A stretch of 64,000 nt of DNA, taken from the NCBI GenBank assembly GCA_951804945.1, contig OX638154.1, forward strand, positions 32,736,001 through 32,800,000, given 5' to 3'. The stretch comes from Podarcis cretensis (lineage: Eukaryota). Under the pieces are notes generated by a model, which had not been told where the DNA came from, did not search any database, and saw nothing but the letters and a program-made list of their open reading frames with translations. This document shows, in pieces, positions 11,901 through 26,822 of the stretch. A program made the position numbers and the translations under genes. Position 1 is the first letter of the stretch. The number at the start of each line of letters is the position of its first letter.

Positions 11901-13609
11901 ATTTATTCTGCCTTGTCTCTAATCTTTAAAAATACATTTTCATTTTCAATAATTAAACATGAGGGGCTCCCTGCTTACTGGGAGAGGCACCAAAGTAAGA
12001 TACTTAGGATTGGGGCATACAAAATATTTTTAAAATGATAATGGCTCATTGTGGTGGTAAAATAGGATGTGGTTTCATTAACTCGAGGTAGCTGAGAAAT
12101 GGCAACTTCACAATGATCTGATACGAAGTGTGAGTAGTACATAAACAACAAATGCTTAATATCCATATTACAGCATTCACAAGGAGCCCTGAAAGCAGTT
12201 TTGGGCAGTAACTATACCATTGCCTTTCCACTTATATCAGGCTTCCTACATGAAGCAACTGAAATGTATAGCAAGTCCCCATACTAGCACTGCAACTCCA
12301 TAGGACACTAAGACTCCCACAGTGGCTTCTTAAGCAATTGTATATATAATGACAGTCCTGTGGCATCCCAACCATGCAGAAGCCAATTTTAGCAGCAACC
12401 ACAGCCCCACATTCATGGAGGAGATACTATGTTTATGTTATATTTATGCAATTTCTACAGTGGAATAAGGCAACCTCATCACACAACATGAAACCAGAAA
12501 AATACTGTGGTGGGGAACAATAATACAAAATCAGAAGAATCGGTGCAAATATATATATAGAGAGAGACTTCTGAGAACCATTGTTTTAACAAAATCCCTG
12601 AAACAATCAAGTAGTGTATCTATTTTCTCCAAGTACACTCATCACAGCTGAGCACTCTACATCCAATTATTTTCCCCCAGCCTCTGGGTAACAGCCTCAG
12701 AGGGTGGGTGGCTTCATACTGTGGTATTACCTACTTGAAGAATATACTGGGATTTAAAATATTTGTATTTCCCACATAATCACCATAATTAGAGGAGAAC
12801 ATTTCACAGTGAAGCCTTGTTAAAAAATAATAATTGTATTTATAGCACGGACTTTACTGGAAAAGCATCACTGCACAGCATCGTCTCTGCAAAAGATGCT
12901 ATCATCAGACCTTGGGCTACAGAATCACTCACTTAAAATTTATTTGAACCCAGATTGGACAACAGTCTTTTCTACCATCAATGGGCCTTTTTGCCCCAAC
13001 TAATGGGTTGTTTTATCCCAAGAGTCTTCTGAACATTGATGCACAAGAATGATGTTTGAATAGATTGCACATCCCTAAAGTCCAACTAGCGTAGACACAG
13101 ATCCCCAAATCCAGGAATTAATTCTTCTATTTGGACTTTTGTATGTAGGGTGTTAGAAATGTACATCCTGTTCAACTGTCAATTACACAGATCTGAGTGC
13201 AGTTTGGATCTCAAATGCATCTGAAACATTTGATGTCATATCTACTTAGTACTTACAATAATTAATCTTTTTGTGTAAACTTAATTTCACCAATTAATTT
13301 TCTCTCTTTTCACTTTTCCCTTTTCCCTGAGAATTGTTCTAGTTTCTCAGGCAGCTAGATCAGAGTGCCATTTAAATTTCATCTGTCGGTTCATGTTGCT
13401 TTGGATTTATAAGCAAAACTGTCATTATTTTTTGGAGGGCAAACATGTTCTTGGGCGGAGCACGGATTTTTGTCCACCTCAGTATCACCAGACTTTGGAC
13501 CACATTCTTACAGGAAGTCCTGTGATGACACCTCTTCCTTTCTGCAAGCCAACTGCCTCATGAAATATCATATCAAAAATACTGTTATAAAAACCCCACG
13601 TCATCTTAC

Positions 13610-13914
13610 CATCATGGTTAGAATTTCCCAGTGTCCATGGTTCATCTGAATCAAAATGAGTATCGCCTCCTATCCCTGGTCCAGGAAAATAGGCATGGGC
13701 TAGGAATCCACCCTCCCCATCAAAAGGAGAGCTGTCACCATGGAAACCAGAAGCAAAAAATATCATAATATCTGCCTCTTTTCTGTCACTTTTAATTTCA
13801 TGGTAAGGAACTTCTTCAAAGGTGAGCGGAGTCACCCTCTGCCAAACATCAAATGCTTGCCGGATGGCTTTCCTTGTATCAAGCTCTCCAACCTTGGGGG
13901 TGTAGTTGTGAACA
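13610..13914 (-). CDS. MMP24: MMP24 exon 4 (catalytic domain incl. MT-loop)
   Basis: [48 protein letters not shown]...[16 protein letters not shown]; cacag/gtaaga; 305 nt. Confidence 0.98.
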
Positions 13915-16812
13915 CTGTGAAGAAAATGAGAAGGGGTTTATTTAGGAGGATTCATTCAGAGAATTTCATATTCTCTGATGTTAACAAACATGTTTCAGGA
14001 CTCAGATCGACACAACCGTAAGACTACATTTTGAGCACTTTGATATCTTTTGAGAGTCCTTTCAGGTACGGTACACATTATGAGGTTTACAAATATTTCC
14101 TACATAATAATAACTAGAGGGTTAACAAAATTCAGAAAACGTAATGACTTAAAAGTATTGCATTCCAACAGCTAATCCACAACAACAAGGCCACCACTGA
14201 TAAGAGCCATTTACTGTCCTCTCAATATGAATACTCAAGGCTTGGTCAGATGACAGGTTCCTGAGCTTCCAACTGGACATACGGGAAGTGTTTTGGACAC
14301 AGTAATATACCTTTATTTCCTAATCACAGTTCTGCACTGAATCTGGAATGCAAATTATGAAGGCTGTGTTCAACCCTTTCGGCTACCAGACTGGCAAAGC
14401 ATTTCTGCATACTGGAGACTGGACGGGTTGATTCAGTGTAACCTCTCCTCGCAATGTTGTCTCAGTCCAGAAACAGGAACCTATTTGGCTATAGTTTAGA
14501 GGCCCCAATACATCATCTCTCTATTCAAAACCCTACACAGCAGCAAACCTGGCAGTGGGATAAACTCCACAAGCTGCTATACAGAAAGCCAATCAGCTTG
14601 TCAGTGTGGTCACTTGGTGGAATTAATCCCAGATAATCCCCAAATGTAATACAGAACTGTCTCTATAGTGTAACTGCTTAGCATCCCATCAAACCGCAAT
14701 GCTCAACTTTGTCCACAACGACTGCAGAATCTATTACTAGTACCATTTGCTTCTTATATGGGTAAAAGTGACTGACTCAGGAATGTTAGCAGACTATAGT
14801 CTAAAAAGCATGTTGCCATTGATAATGTGCGGGGTGGAAAAGGCATATGAAATGTTACACCATTGTACAAAATCAATGGATTGCCTTCATCTAGAATACT
14901 GTGATTAGCACAGATGATTTAACCACAGGATATCACAGAATTAGAGTAATGTCAGTAAAGGATGAGAATCTTGATAGATTCTCACACGAGAAGAGTAAGA
15001 GAGAGAAGAATCAGGGTTTGGGAAAACCAGAAAGACAAAAATTAATAAATGTTGATAAAAAACAATGTTAGGTGACAGGAAAGGGAGACTGGGAAATCAC
15101 CTCACATGCAAAGTAAGGTACAGTGAATTACAAGAAAGAAAGGATAGATGACATCTTTACAGGAACGAGTTTTGTGACACTCAGATGACATAGCCATGAG
15201 GTCAGAGGTTTTCACTCCTTTTTTTGTTTGTTTGTTTAATCATAGTTTTGCAATACAGCTTAACCTTAAAGCATGGTTTGTTCAATAAGCCAACTTTATA
15301 ACCCTTCAGGGTGGAAACTCCTATTTTATCAATATGGCCAACATTATTTGGACCTGAAATGAAAAGGATTGGGTCTGTAATGACCCTTAAATTGCAATTA
15401 ATTGTAACTAAAAATAGTTACAATTGATCGATTTGACTCTATAATATTTTATTTTAGACTACCTATTAAAATATTCTGGCCTGGATTAAACTAAGCAGTT
15501 GCACTAGGAGCAGTCAGCACAAGAGGTGCTGCTAGTGCAATGAGTCTTCCCTCCCTCCTCCGTACCCCCCATTTGGCTCTGTGGGGGGACAGGAGAACCA
15601 CCAGAACAACATGCAGGGGGAAGAGGCCAGAGAGTGTTCCACCTGGCATGCTGAAATGTTTGTGCTGATGGAAGGATTGCTGTAGAACCATGTTGACTTC
15701 CAGCCTTTGTTAGCTCCATGCATTCATGGACAACTGTTAACAGGCATAATCTCTAGAACACACTCTGCTCACTAAGGGCAGAGCCAACAACAGACATGGT
15801 CACACCTCCATATCTTTGAATCCTCAGCAATACTTAATGTTCCATGGCATGCCCAAGAGTTCCTAACTAAAAGAATAAACACAGAAACCAAAGCAAAGTC
15901 TGAAAACCTTTAAAATACCAGCACTTGAAAATTGGTTGTAGTCACCAGCATCAACCACTAGAGGGAAGCATGGCTATACATTAGTAATTGTCAGTCTCTA
16001 GTTAAAAAGTAGCTACCAAATTTTCAGATAAAATTGTGAAATACTGCAGCCTGAAATTGTACAAGGAATTATCAATAGGGGACTAAATCAATAGCTGACT
16101 ATCAAGGCAACTAAAAGGAAAAGATTATCTCCATATAAACAGTGGTGTGGGGTCCAGAGCTTTATTTTTCCGACTGTAAATGCAGTATTAGGCAAGTTTA
16201 GCAGTCTCAAGGTTGTAATTAATTATTTTCATTGCTATTATCTTTAGTTTTGGGACCTATAGTTGAGCAAGGTCCAGAGAGTTAGAGCTTAGCTATCTCT
16301 GGTTTACCAAATGCAAGTAAAATAAAAATAGTACTAAATTAGATCATGTTCAAATCTAGGGCATCAGAAAAGTTTAAAATGTTCCGATACAAATTGACTT
16401 ATGCAAATAACCCTAATCTGCATTTAAAAATTCCAAATAGTTTTAAATACAAACATTTCTGTAAAACCTGTATCACACTATGGTAATGCATACAAGATGG
16501 CAATTTCTTTACGAACACATAGCCTCCAACATTCCTCAGAAAACAGGGACATTCTAGCACGCTTTTTGCTAGAAGTACAGGGAAGGAAATGGAATGGAAG
16601 TCCTGTGTTGCACATGGAGTGGAAGCCAGTTGCACATGTGGGCTGATGCCATTTAATGCCATCCCATAAACAACATAAAGCATGCACAAATAAATAACAA
16701 ACACATACATCTATTTCCAGAAGCACCAATGCGTTACAAACAGTAAGTAAGCACTTTTGCATGACCTTCTCTGATCTGTACTAAAGTGGCTTATCTTATC
16801 ATATGATGAGTT

Positions 16813-16936
16813 TAGGGTGGCCAGATGCAAAAGAAAGCAGGGGTTCAGCGCTTTTGATAATTGTATAGAAGGCTAAATTTCAGCAGGTGTAAAGGTGCAG
16901 GGGCCCTGTCCTCTTTTGCTCCTGGCCACCACTCTA
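16813..16936. mobile_element. Short hAT-like MITE
   Basis: Inverted ends GGTGGCCAG..GCAAAAGA / TCTTTTGC..CTGGCCACC; no clear TSD. Confidence 0.5.
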
Positions 16937-17967
16937 TGATTCTAAACCTGAACACAACCCAAGAGAGGTGGAGCAATCTATTTCTTTTCTAAAAGAAGGA
17001 TATTGTTACTATAGCAGCTATCATTAGATTGATAGCTGTGTCCATACTAGAGGTGTGTACAAAGTCTTTCAGGTGTCCTAAAGAATCCCAAATCTTGAAG
17101 AATCCCAAATCTCAATCTGTTGCTTTAAGAACACCAGAACAGAAAATCAAATTGAAATCTTGGACAGTGCTCAATTTGTCCACTTTCATCCCAATCCAGG
17201 GTAACAAACAGGAAAACAACACTCTCTGCTTGTGCCACAGCAAGCTTGAGAGAAGGGTGGCGAAGCCATATTGCTGCATGCTTGGAGGCCGAGGAAGGAA
17301 TTGGCAAATTGTAAAGGTACATATGGAGCTGTCAGACTTCAAAGGGATTTCGCCATTTACTTCAATGAAAGGGGCAACACACACAAAGAAATGCATTCAT
17401 GGACATTCTACCAATAACTAAGCAAAGAATACAGGGGAATGGAGAGCCTAATTTAAGTCCAATTTTAACATGGAACTTTTGGCTCCTACTTTTTTTTTTT
17501 ATAAAGTAAGCTAAAAATACCATTATCTATTGAAATTCATCACTTAGACAGACTGAAATGTAGCATTCTCCCTGAAGCAGACTTTGCAATCACTTCCATC
17601 TTGCAAGGTTGGAATAAATTAAGATAAAATAACTAACAAAGTCACCTTTTCAGCTAAGTTTAGAGGGAGTAAGTGTGTCAGACATCAGATTAAAGATAGC
17701 AAAAATAAATGATTAAAGGGCTTTAAAGAAAGAAAGAAAATACCCTGTTGTCTTTTTAGTTATAAATTCCTTTGCAGTTAGCAATGAAGGAGAAATACAT
17801 TTTAAGCTAATTTTATACATGGAATTTGGCAGTCAAGCTTAGCCTGGGTCAGACTACCTGCTGCATTGAATGCCAGCTTATGTCCAAGTCACTCATTAAT
17901 TGTGTTGTTTTTTAACAAAATGTCTGACGAAGTATATCCAAAAAATGTAAGCAAAAAAAAAAGGGGG

Positions 17968-18351
17968 GGTAAAGGTAAAGGTAAAGGACCCCTGGACAGT
18001 TAAGTCCAATCAAAGACCAATGTGGTTGCGGGGCTCATCTCACTTTCAGGCCAAAGGAGCTGGTGTATGTCCACAGACAGCTTTCCAGATCATGTGACCA
18101 GCATGACTAAACCGCTTCTGGTGCACAGAACACTATGACGGAAGCCAGAGCACACAGAAATGCCATTTACCTTCCCGCCACAGTGGTACCTGTTTATCTA
18201 CTTGCACTGGTATGCTTTCAAACTGCTAGGTTGGCAGGAGTTGGGGCAGAGCAACGGGAGCTCACACCGTCGTGGGGATCTGAACCACCGACCTTCTGAT
18301 TGGCAAGCCCAAGAGGCTCCGTGGTTTAGACCACATCGCCACCCACATCTC
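17968..18351 (-). mobile_element. Sauria SINE (older, diverged)
   Basis: (ACCTTT)n tail and tRNA-like head on minus strand; homologous to other copies in window. Confidence 0.88.
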
Positions 18352-18654
18352 TATGTATACAATATGTATAACACATAAAAGAATCAAGCCCCGTGTGGTG
18401 CTATATTTGCATAAGACATAATAAATGCCCTTTTGGACCAGGCAGTGGCCCATCTAGTGACACAGCCTTGTTCTCACAGTGGCCAACTAGATGCCCCTGG
18501 GAAGCCCACAAGCAGAGCCCGAGTGCAACAGCACTCTCCCTTCCAACAACTAGAATTCAGAAGCATACTGCCTCTGACAGTGGAGGCAGCACAATTTTAT
18601 AAGTATAAACACATAAATATTTTTAAAGAGTGATATCATTTTTGTGTGAATGCT

Positions 18655-18757
18655 TAGAATCACTGAACGGTAGAGTTGGAAGGGCCCACAAGGGTCATCC
18701 AATCTAACCCCCGCCAATGCAGGAATCTTTTGCCCGATGTGGGACTCAAACCCATGC
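18655..18757 (-). mobile_element. Second, truncated copy of the tRNA-Lys/CR1-tail SINE
   Basis: Similar to 6700-6800. Confidence 0.6.
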
Positions 18758-19113
18758 TATGGTGACTAATATAATACAATATAATATAATGCTTCCATAA
18801 TTGTTTGTATTTTCATTTTATAGATAGGAAACAGAAGCTGGGAGACAGTGGTTTGACTTGCCACTCCTGTCACATGTCTTCTGGGGCAATTTGGGAGTAG
18901 GCAGTACCTCTGAAGGGAAGAGATTTGGACTAGGTGCCTACAATTGCTTATCCTTACTGAAAATGTGTATCCTGGGCATTTATATGCAGCAGGCTATTAA
19001 ATAAGTCAAAATTACCTAGGGATATTGATTGCTACATAACATACAAACACGCACCCTATAGAACTCAGTTGAATATCTATGTATTGAACTTTAAAATACT
19101 GGATTATACACAC

Positions 19114-19230
19114 CTGTATGTGATATGCTTCTGCCTCCACTTTTGTCCAGTTAGTGCATATCGCTTGCTCCTTCGTCTATGGCTTAGGTGGGGATGATCA
19201 GGAACACCACAGCGAGGCTTCTTCATCCAC
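19114..19230 (-). CDS. MMP24: MMP24 exon 3 (cysteine switch, furin activation site)
   Basis: WMKKPRCGVPDHPHLSHRRRSKRYALTGQKWRQKHITYS; ctag/gtgtgt; 117 nt; not in ORF track. Confidence 0.96.
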
Positions 19231-19751
19231 CTAGAAAGCGAAATATTCCCTAGTGAGTCTGGGAAATATGCTAAATGACATGGTTATGAGCTAGGCTGTC
19301 CTGTTTGGTGGTTCAGCTACAAATAATGAATGCTAATTAATGGGCAACCGAGATAAACTAGGAATGCAGATTACACCTGCCTGCCTAAGGGTGTTCTGCC
19401 CGGAGGGCAGGCGCTGAAATGGAATAAAGAAAAGGGCAGCTTGAACTGGGCCAGAAAAAGAGCTTTTAGAGTTTTTGAAGCAGGGTAGCAAGAAGCAATC
19501 TTGAGGGCTTGCTGTTGCTTTTGGAGACTGAAGATGTTTAAGAACTAGTGTCACTTTTATGCATGCAGTTTCTCCTATCCTTTCAAGGTTCCACACATTT
19601 TCAGGATTCTCTTTCTTCACAGGGAAACCGCAAAACAACAGCAACAACAAACAAAAAAAGCACCTGTCTCTGGAATTTCCAAATCACTCAGGAAAGTGGG
19701 GAGGGAGCTTAAAACAATATTTTAACAATGACTTGGATCCATTATAGATTA

Positions 19752-20093
19752 AAGGACCCTGACCATTAGGTCCAGTCATGGCCGACTCTGGGGTTGCGGC
19801 GCTCATCTCGCTTTATTGGCCGAGGGAGCTGGCGTACAGCTTCCGGATCGTGTGGCCAGCATGACTAAGCCGCTTCTGGTGAACCAGAGCAGCACAAGGA
19901 AACGCTGTTTACCTTCCTGCTAGAGCGGTACCTATTTATCTACTTGCACTTTGATGAGCTTTCAAACTGCTAGGTTGGCAGGAGCAGGGACTGAGCAACG
20001 GGAGCTCACCCTGTCGCGGGGATTCGAACCGCCGACCTTCTGATCGGCAAGTCCTAGGCTCTGTGGTTTAACCTACAGCGCCACCCGCATCCC
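19752..20093 (-). mobile_element. Sauria SINE, full length
   Basis: B-box GGTTCGAATCC on minus; 14-bp TSD TCCATTATAGATTA (19738-19751, 20094-20107). Confidence 0.93.
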
Positions 20094-20960
20094 TCCATTA
20101 TAGATTAGACCAAAGTAAAAATACCACTACATTTACCAATCAGTTTATCTACATTCTGAGCTGTAGGAAGCAGGAAGGGAGGAATGTTGACATTCATATA
20201 ACTATGTGTACATAAGAGCCAAACTATTTGCTCTAAATGTGTAATTTTTCTTTCAGAAGTAGCTAATGCTCCTCTGCCCACATAAATTGCAGGAATGGGG
20301 TTCCCCTGTTCCAGATTGCAATTGCAGCACACTAGAGGGCTAAAGAACTCTCCGCTCCATGCCAGAGTTCCAATATGGAACATCACTCCTCACAACCGTC
20401 CTGCTCTGCTAGTTATTTCTGGAAGAAAAATCGTGTGCGCATTAATAACATCTCATGCAGTTTGGTACTACGCAAATCAGTAAAGATCAGGCTCAGATTA
20501 TGTTAGAGACGCATTTTGAAATAGCATATGTTCCAGAATATAGAATGGTTTAAGATATAGAACTGCAATACCTCTGTATATATGGGATTTAGACAAAACA
20601 CAGTAATGGTTATATTATACATTGCACACAATGTTATTTTTGCATGTCTCTGTGATGCACAGAGTTCCAGTTGTTAAACCGATTTAGTTTAACCAGCACA
20701 AATCCCTGTATGAACACACTTATTTTGGATTTAACATGGATTATGTTAGTTGATCAGTTCATTTCCAGTTAAATTTATTTAGCAAGAAATGGGGCTTGGT
20801 TGGCCATTTGAGCCAGGAGTCAGAGACATGTTCTGTTCCAGAGAATACATAAGCACCACGTGAATTTATGCAGGTCCACATTATACAGGATTTCATCCAG
20901 CAATTAATGATGATTTTGGTGAATACAATGCTTTCAACTGTTTACAAAAGTAACTCTTAC

Positions 20961-21109
20961 TCAATAGTCGTTGGGTCCAACACTCCTGTCACAGGGATGC
21001 CATAAAACTGCTGCATAGTGGTGACTGCAGACTGCATAACTTTTCCTGAGTGCAGAGCAGACATTCGGGTGTCAGAAGGGAGCAGATAACCATAGGTTTT
21101 TAACCAGCT
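20961..21109 (-). CDS. MMP24: MMP24 exon 2 (propeptide)
   Basis: SWLKTYGYLLPSDTRMSALHSGKVMQSAVTTMQQFYGIPVTGVLDPTTIE; ttcag/gtaaga; 149 nt; not in ORF track. Confidence 0.96.
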
Positions 21110-21223
21110 CTGAAAAATATGGTAAAGCGAAACCACGTTTACAACATAGTCTGATTTGACAGTATATATAAGCAGGTTAGATGTGTTATTTTTTAAGTGT
21201 TACCCTCTATTAGTTTTAATGTA

Positions 21224-21465
21224 CAGTGGTACCTTGGGTTACAGACGCTTCAGGTTACATACGCTTCAGGTTACAGACTCCGCTGACCCAGAAATAGTGC
21301 TTCAGGTTAAGAACTTTGTTTCAGGATGAGAACAGAAATAGTGCTCCGGCGGCATGGCAGCAGCAGGAGGCCCCATTAGTTAAAGTGGTGCTTCAGGTTA
21401 AGAACAGTTTTGGGTTAAGAACAGACCTCCGGAATGAATTAAGTACTTAACCCGAGGTACCACTG
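21224..21465. mobile_element. Tc1/mariner-type MITE
   Basis: TIR CAGTGGTACCT(T/C)GGGTTA at both ends, TA dinucleotide on both flanks. Confidence 0.88.
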
Positions 21466-22838
21466 TAAATCCAAAGCTGAAACAGTTTGCTGCATATTTT
21501 GAGCTCATTCATTCTGCTTGGTATATCTGAATACATGCTGTTTTGAGGATAACAATAAAAGTACAACATGAGCAAAGCCTGATTGCCATAATCAGTGCTA
21601 GTTTGCTAACCTCCCAGGGGTGGTTGAATTACAGTTTGTGTGCAAATTTATCTCTTTTGTCTGCATACAGGTCATTAGTGTACATATCTCAATTTCAGCT
21701 GATGTGCTTATTTTAAAGTATATGCCAGGTGGTTCTGAGGGTGGAGGGTAGATTGCCCACACATTTTTGTTTCACACTCTTGGTTTTTTTTTGTCATACC
21801 CAAAATGTATAAACCTGTTTACGATAGCATGGTTTTTGTGTTATCAAAGTGCTGCAGACTACATAGAGTTCCAATGAGAATCAAATTAGGGTGTGACAAG
21901 ACAATGTAGGAAATTAATGCATTTAAATATGACCAATATTTGAAAGACTTTAAGAACACATTCAAAGGAAAAAATTAAAACATTGTCTTATAACAGATCA
22001 GACTATTTGTTCCTCTGGTCTCGACCATGGCTGTCCAGTCTGACTGGAGGCAGCCTCAAGCAAAGGACTGTCCTGTTTCCAAACAAAGCTTTGGTTCAAA
22101 CTATATGTGACAGTGCCTGTTCAAGATCTCCCTCTATTGCATATAAAATGGGGGAAGGGAATAAAGTCACCATTAGTCCATAGAATTCTAAAAGGAATAT
22201 GTACTCTTAGGTAAACAGCTAGGATTAAAATTTGATATTAGATTAAAAAGTGAAAAAGTTAGTTCTCTATTGAAAGTAAGTCATAAAGCAACCTTAACTG
22301 GTGTTGCTACCTAATAGGATTTACCAGCATAACGCACACAATGTTTGCAAATTCTGATGATAAGATGTTTACAAACCTGTCATGTATAGAGCAGAGCTCA
22401 CAAGTTAAACCAATTCAACATATTTTCAATGTAGCAGTAATGTCTTAGGTTTTGACATCAACCAATGTAGCTCTATTGCACAACTATTACAGGCTACAGT
22501 AGTAATTTACTCAAAATAGTCTACATTCTGAGGACTAAAAATGTTGCGTTGATGACATTTTTTAAAAATAGCATGCTTAGGACCTTTCTTTCTTAACAAA
22601 AAGCAGCCACACCAGGAGGAGGACAGGGTGGGAAGAGGCAGGGAAGAGATCATGCTTGGGACTTGGAAAGAGGGTTGGGATTGAACTCTTTCTTCCATAC
22701 TGTTTCTATATAAAATATCCCCACAAAGCTGTTATATACTGCAACATTTCTCCAATTATACTTGTATTTTCTCTTTCATAAATACATAGCAATATCCAGT
22801 TGTGCCCATCTACTCGTGCAATGGATTTTCACTCGCAT

Positions 22839-22843
<5 letters not shown>

Positions 22844-22889
<46 letters not shown>

Positions 22890-22922
22890 TACACACACAT
22901 ACACACATATATATAGATATAT
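22844..22922. repeat. Compound (TA)n/(CA)n microsatellite
   Basis: Read directly. Confidence 0.95.
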
Positions 22923-25900
22923 GTTGTATTTAAAATGCTAAATAACTCAATCCCAGAACAACAGTCCAGGACAAAAATAACAGCAAATAATGATATGACA
23001 AAGAGTTGAAGAAATCCAAAATTAAATGGGGTTAGACATATATAGGAATTACCGTACCATAACAATCTAGATTACCGGTAAAACTTATACCCATTGGATA
23101 CATGGCCACTAATTTTCAGTAGGTAGGCACTGATCATAATCACTTGAGCCATTTGCAACATGATTTTATATTTGCAGTTAACAATGAAAAATATTTCAAG
23201 ACAGTTCAATTTAATGAAATCCTAAACAAATGTCTCACCCGAAGCCTGAGAAACAAAACTTCATTGATTTGAGCCAATACATCCTGAAAGGCAGAAAGAA
23301 GCTTTGGTGCCCTCTGCCTCAACTATACAGCCAGCCCACCTAGGTAATTTGCACATTGTTGAGTATATTTTAGAAATGTATTTTGCTTTAATTTGAAAGC
23401 TGCATAATCCTGCTCTGCTGTTAACTTAATACATAAAAATACACAAGTTGTTTCAATTTATGTCATTAGGTCTAATAAGACAGATTTTATAAAAAAAATT
23501 AATGCACAATGGTGTCGCAACACTGACTTTCATCCATTTCAGAGGATTTACTAAATGACAGCCCAGGGTGACCACATATTTATTTATTTGCAACCATTTC
23601 CATTATCACCTACACTGCAGAATACAGGATAAATCAATTAGTATTTCAATATAGGTGGATCACCTCTCAGGGAAAGCTTGGGAGAACAGGTATATGTTAA
23701 TGCCATATTGTAGGTCTCTGCCTAGTGTTCATTGCAAGCACATTTGGAAGGGCAGGTATCATGACACTAAAAGCTCTGGTCTTAATGGACAAAACACAAA
23801 ATTCATGCAGCACTATTATAAGTGCCTCAAGCACCTGAAAATACCTGAGGTCTTGTGAATCAAATCTACATGCTGGTAGGATTCCTACATGACAATGCCC
23901 TTGTTTTTTTCAAGGCAGAGGTGCTTTATTGTTATGGGTTTTTCTTTTTCCTTTGATTCTCATTTTGCATTATTGAAAATATATAAAGGCAGTAAAAAGG
24001 GGTGGGGGCGGGCAGAGGTATCAGCCAGCCAGTTTTTAGATTCCAGATGTATTAAAATGACAAAAACAAAATCCTGAGTCATTAAGCCATAGAAAGGCTA
24101 TTAGGCAGACACAACATCTGTTCATCAGTTAGCTACATAAATAATTTTGGGGGCTTCCAGGATAAGGTATCATCAATTTTAGGGCTAGCTGTTGGTTCCA
24201 TTGAAAGGCAGTGTTCTCTTATATTGCTCATCAAGGAGGATTGTTCTTTGGGTATGCTTTCAAAACTAAAATCCTACTTTATTTGTCTCTGTTAATTATC
24301 TAGGATCTCAATTGCTAAACACTCCAAACTAAGATCATAGGTATCTTTGATCACAAAAGCCCAATTTTTCAATCCAAAAAGTTCTGACATATTGATCTCA
24401 ATTTACCACAAATCCAGCTCAACAACAATGTCAACGAGCCTTCTTCTCTCAGGGCTTGGGTAAGCTTCCTCTAACCATACAAGAGGAGAAACCAATACAC
24501 CTTTATCTTTTATGCACCTATTAGGTCACTGTGGTCTGTGAGAGGGCTTATTCTGCAAGTTCCAAAGCTATCAGAGGCCTGCTCCACAGTAATTCTGAAC
24601 AGGGGCAGCCACACTGAAAGCCCTGCTCTGTGTTACAGTATTCCTGACAAGATACAGCAAGTGCCCACTGGCTACACTTTCTGGAAACAATTGAGGACAT
24701 TTTTGTTCCAGCTACATGAATGGGTTTCTGCCATGGGTGTCTATTCTGTAATGGGATATATGTTATTTGTGTGTTTATTTTTAATTGTTTAATTGTTTTT
24801 AAGGTGCTTTTATTTCACATCACATTGAGAACTGTGTGTAAGTGGTTATTAAAATATAAATAAATAAAAACACATCAATGGTAGGCAACCTTATTCCTCA
24901 GAGAAAGAAGCTGGGCCCTTCATATTTTTTCAAGGTGTGTTTATTAAAAGCAGGAAGTATTAGAATTCTTTCATACCAACATTTTACCAAATCACCAAAT
25001 TACCAAGCCAAATTACCATGTTTTTGGAACTCATTTTTTAATTGGGGCATCTATATGTCGTTATCATCATTTTGTAGGATTTCCCCATCTTTTTTCTGCA
25101 GAAAACCTGATTGTATTGAACAACAATGCAGTTCTACCTGCGGAACAGAAGTTCTTCTTCCTGCCCTGTTCCTTCCAGCCCTCACGTGCACCCTCCAAAG
25201 GGCTGGGGACCCTGCAGAGCAGATTTGCGGAGGAAAGGAAATGTTAAGCCCCTTTATGCTAGGGGACCCCACATGCACAGCACCAGAAACCTGCTACGTG
25301 CCCCAGAAGAAAATGGGATATCCCATTTTTTCATGCAAGATTGTGGCAACCCTTTTGAGTGCCATACCCTTGCCCTTGCCTTTTGGGGGGTGGCAAGAGC
25401 AAGGCATGGGTCATGTGACTCAACCAGAAGATCATCTCAGAAGACGTATGTCCCTGTCTTGAGTCTGAAAAAGTCGGGTGGTACGGATACAGCCCTTAGC
25501 TGTAATATGTGCAGTGCTTTATCGAGCAAGTGAGGCTATCCCCATGCATCTATACTAGGAGATGGAGAACCTGCAGCCATAAAAAATATTGTTGGACTCC
25601 AGCTGCCCTCAGTTTCAGCAAACATAGCCAGTGGTGAGGGGTGATGGGAGTTGTAGTCTAGCAGTATCCAAAGGGCCACAGGTTCCCCATTCCTGGTACA
25701 CCCGATGCATGCCATTTTTGTGAGTGTGATGATGATGATGATAATTTTAAAAATCTGTCTTATTTGCACTAAAATGCACTTTTGCTTGTTTAATTATTAA
25801 AATAATTGTTGGTGTTTTAGCACCAACTAAAAAGGCATGACTTTCCTGGTAAGTTGCATTTTACTGGGCTACTTCCCCCACCACTACGAGTTTCCCTTTT

Positions 25901-25940
25901 AATTTCAGCTTTAAAATTTTAGCATCTCTCTTCACATTTT

Positions 25941-25963
25941 TGTGTGTGTGTGTGTGTGTGTGT
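25941..25963. repeat. (TG)n microsatellite
   Basis: Read directly. Confidence 0.95.
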
Positions 25964-26449
25964 GATAATCAAACAAGAGAGCAAAAATAAAAAGCACTTA
26001 AAGCAATTATTGGGCAGAGCTAGGCGACAAGGGGAGACAAGAGAAAGCAGGCTGAAATCACTTAGTGATGACAAGGGAATTGTATAGCTGCACCCTCCCA
26101 GGCAGAAAATCAACCCACAAAGGTAATGGTAGACATAAATGGCAGTGTTGCAGGCTGGCCTTGCCTTCAAGGCAGTTGGCATTCCACACAGATGGATCCC
26201 CCATATTCTCTCCCCTTGTTGCTCTCCTGTAACTGTACATTTTGGAGAACTAAGAATTATGCCCATTATTTCAGGATGCAAAAGATTAATTTTACCTGCA
26301 CTCGCTTTTGACCTTAAGACGGGTCTCAGAAATCTTTCAGCTTTCTTAGGATGTTTAAAAATTTGCCTCTGTATACTAGGCACATCATTACTTTCTCCAA
26401 CTCTAGCAGAACGACTGCAGGAAGACAATTTCCAAAACCATAACACATT

Positions 26450-26822
26450 TAAGTTAGAGGACTATTATGGGTGGCACCAAACCCATTGGCAGACCACCTC
26501 TGTGTTACAAAGGTGTCTGCAAACGTGATTTGAAGGCTGGCAGCATCAACAACCGCAGTGCCTGGAGACAGGCAGTCAGGTTGTGCATCCATCGCAGCCA
26601 CCAGAGGAGGAATGACCACTGGGAGGAGTGCAGAGAAGAAACGTCATGGTGCATCTACGGCATCATAACCAGATACCTTCATCTGCCCCAACTGCAACAA
26701 AACATGTCTCTCCTGTATCGGTCTCTACAGCCACATCAGGTGCTGTAAATTTCTAACAGTGACTTCACCACCAAAGGCGCACTCCGCCCAATCTACCAAC
26801 ACAGACAGATGCCAACAACAGC
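26450..26822 (+). mobile_element. RTE-clade LINE 3' fragment
   Basis: Decayed ORF KPIGRPPLCYKGVCKRDLK...RSAWRQAV, then FICPNCNKTCLSCIGLYSHIRCC zinc-finger-like tail and (CAA)n end. Confidence 0.7.

Noticed and set aside
24878-26528. ORFs of 129-194 aa in MMP24 intron 1
   Set aside because: No recognisable domain, no supporting splice pattern, overlap repeats and a microsatellite
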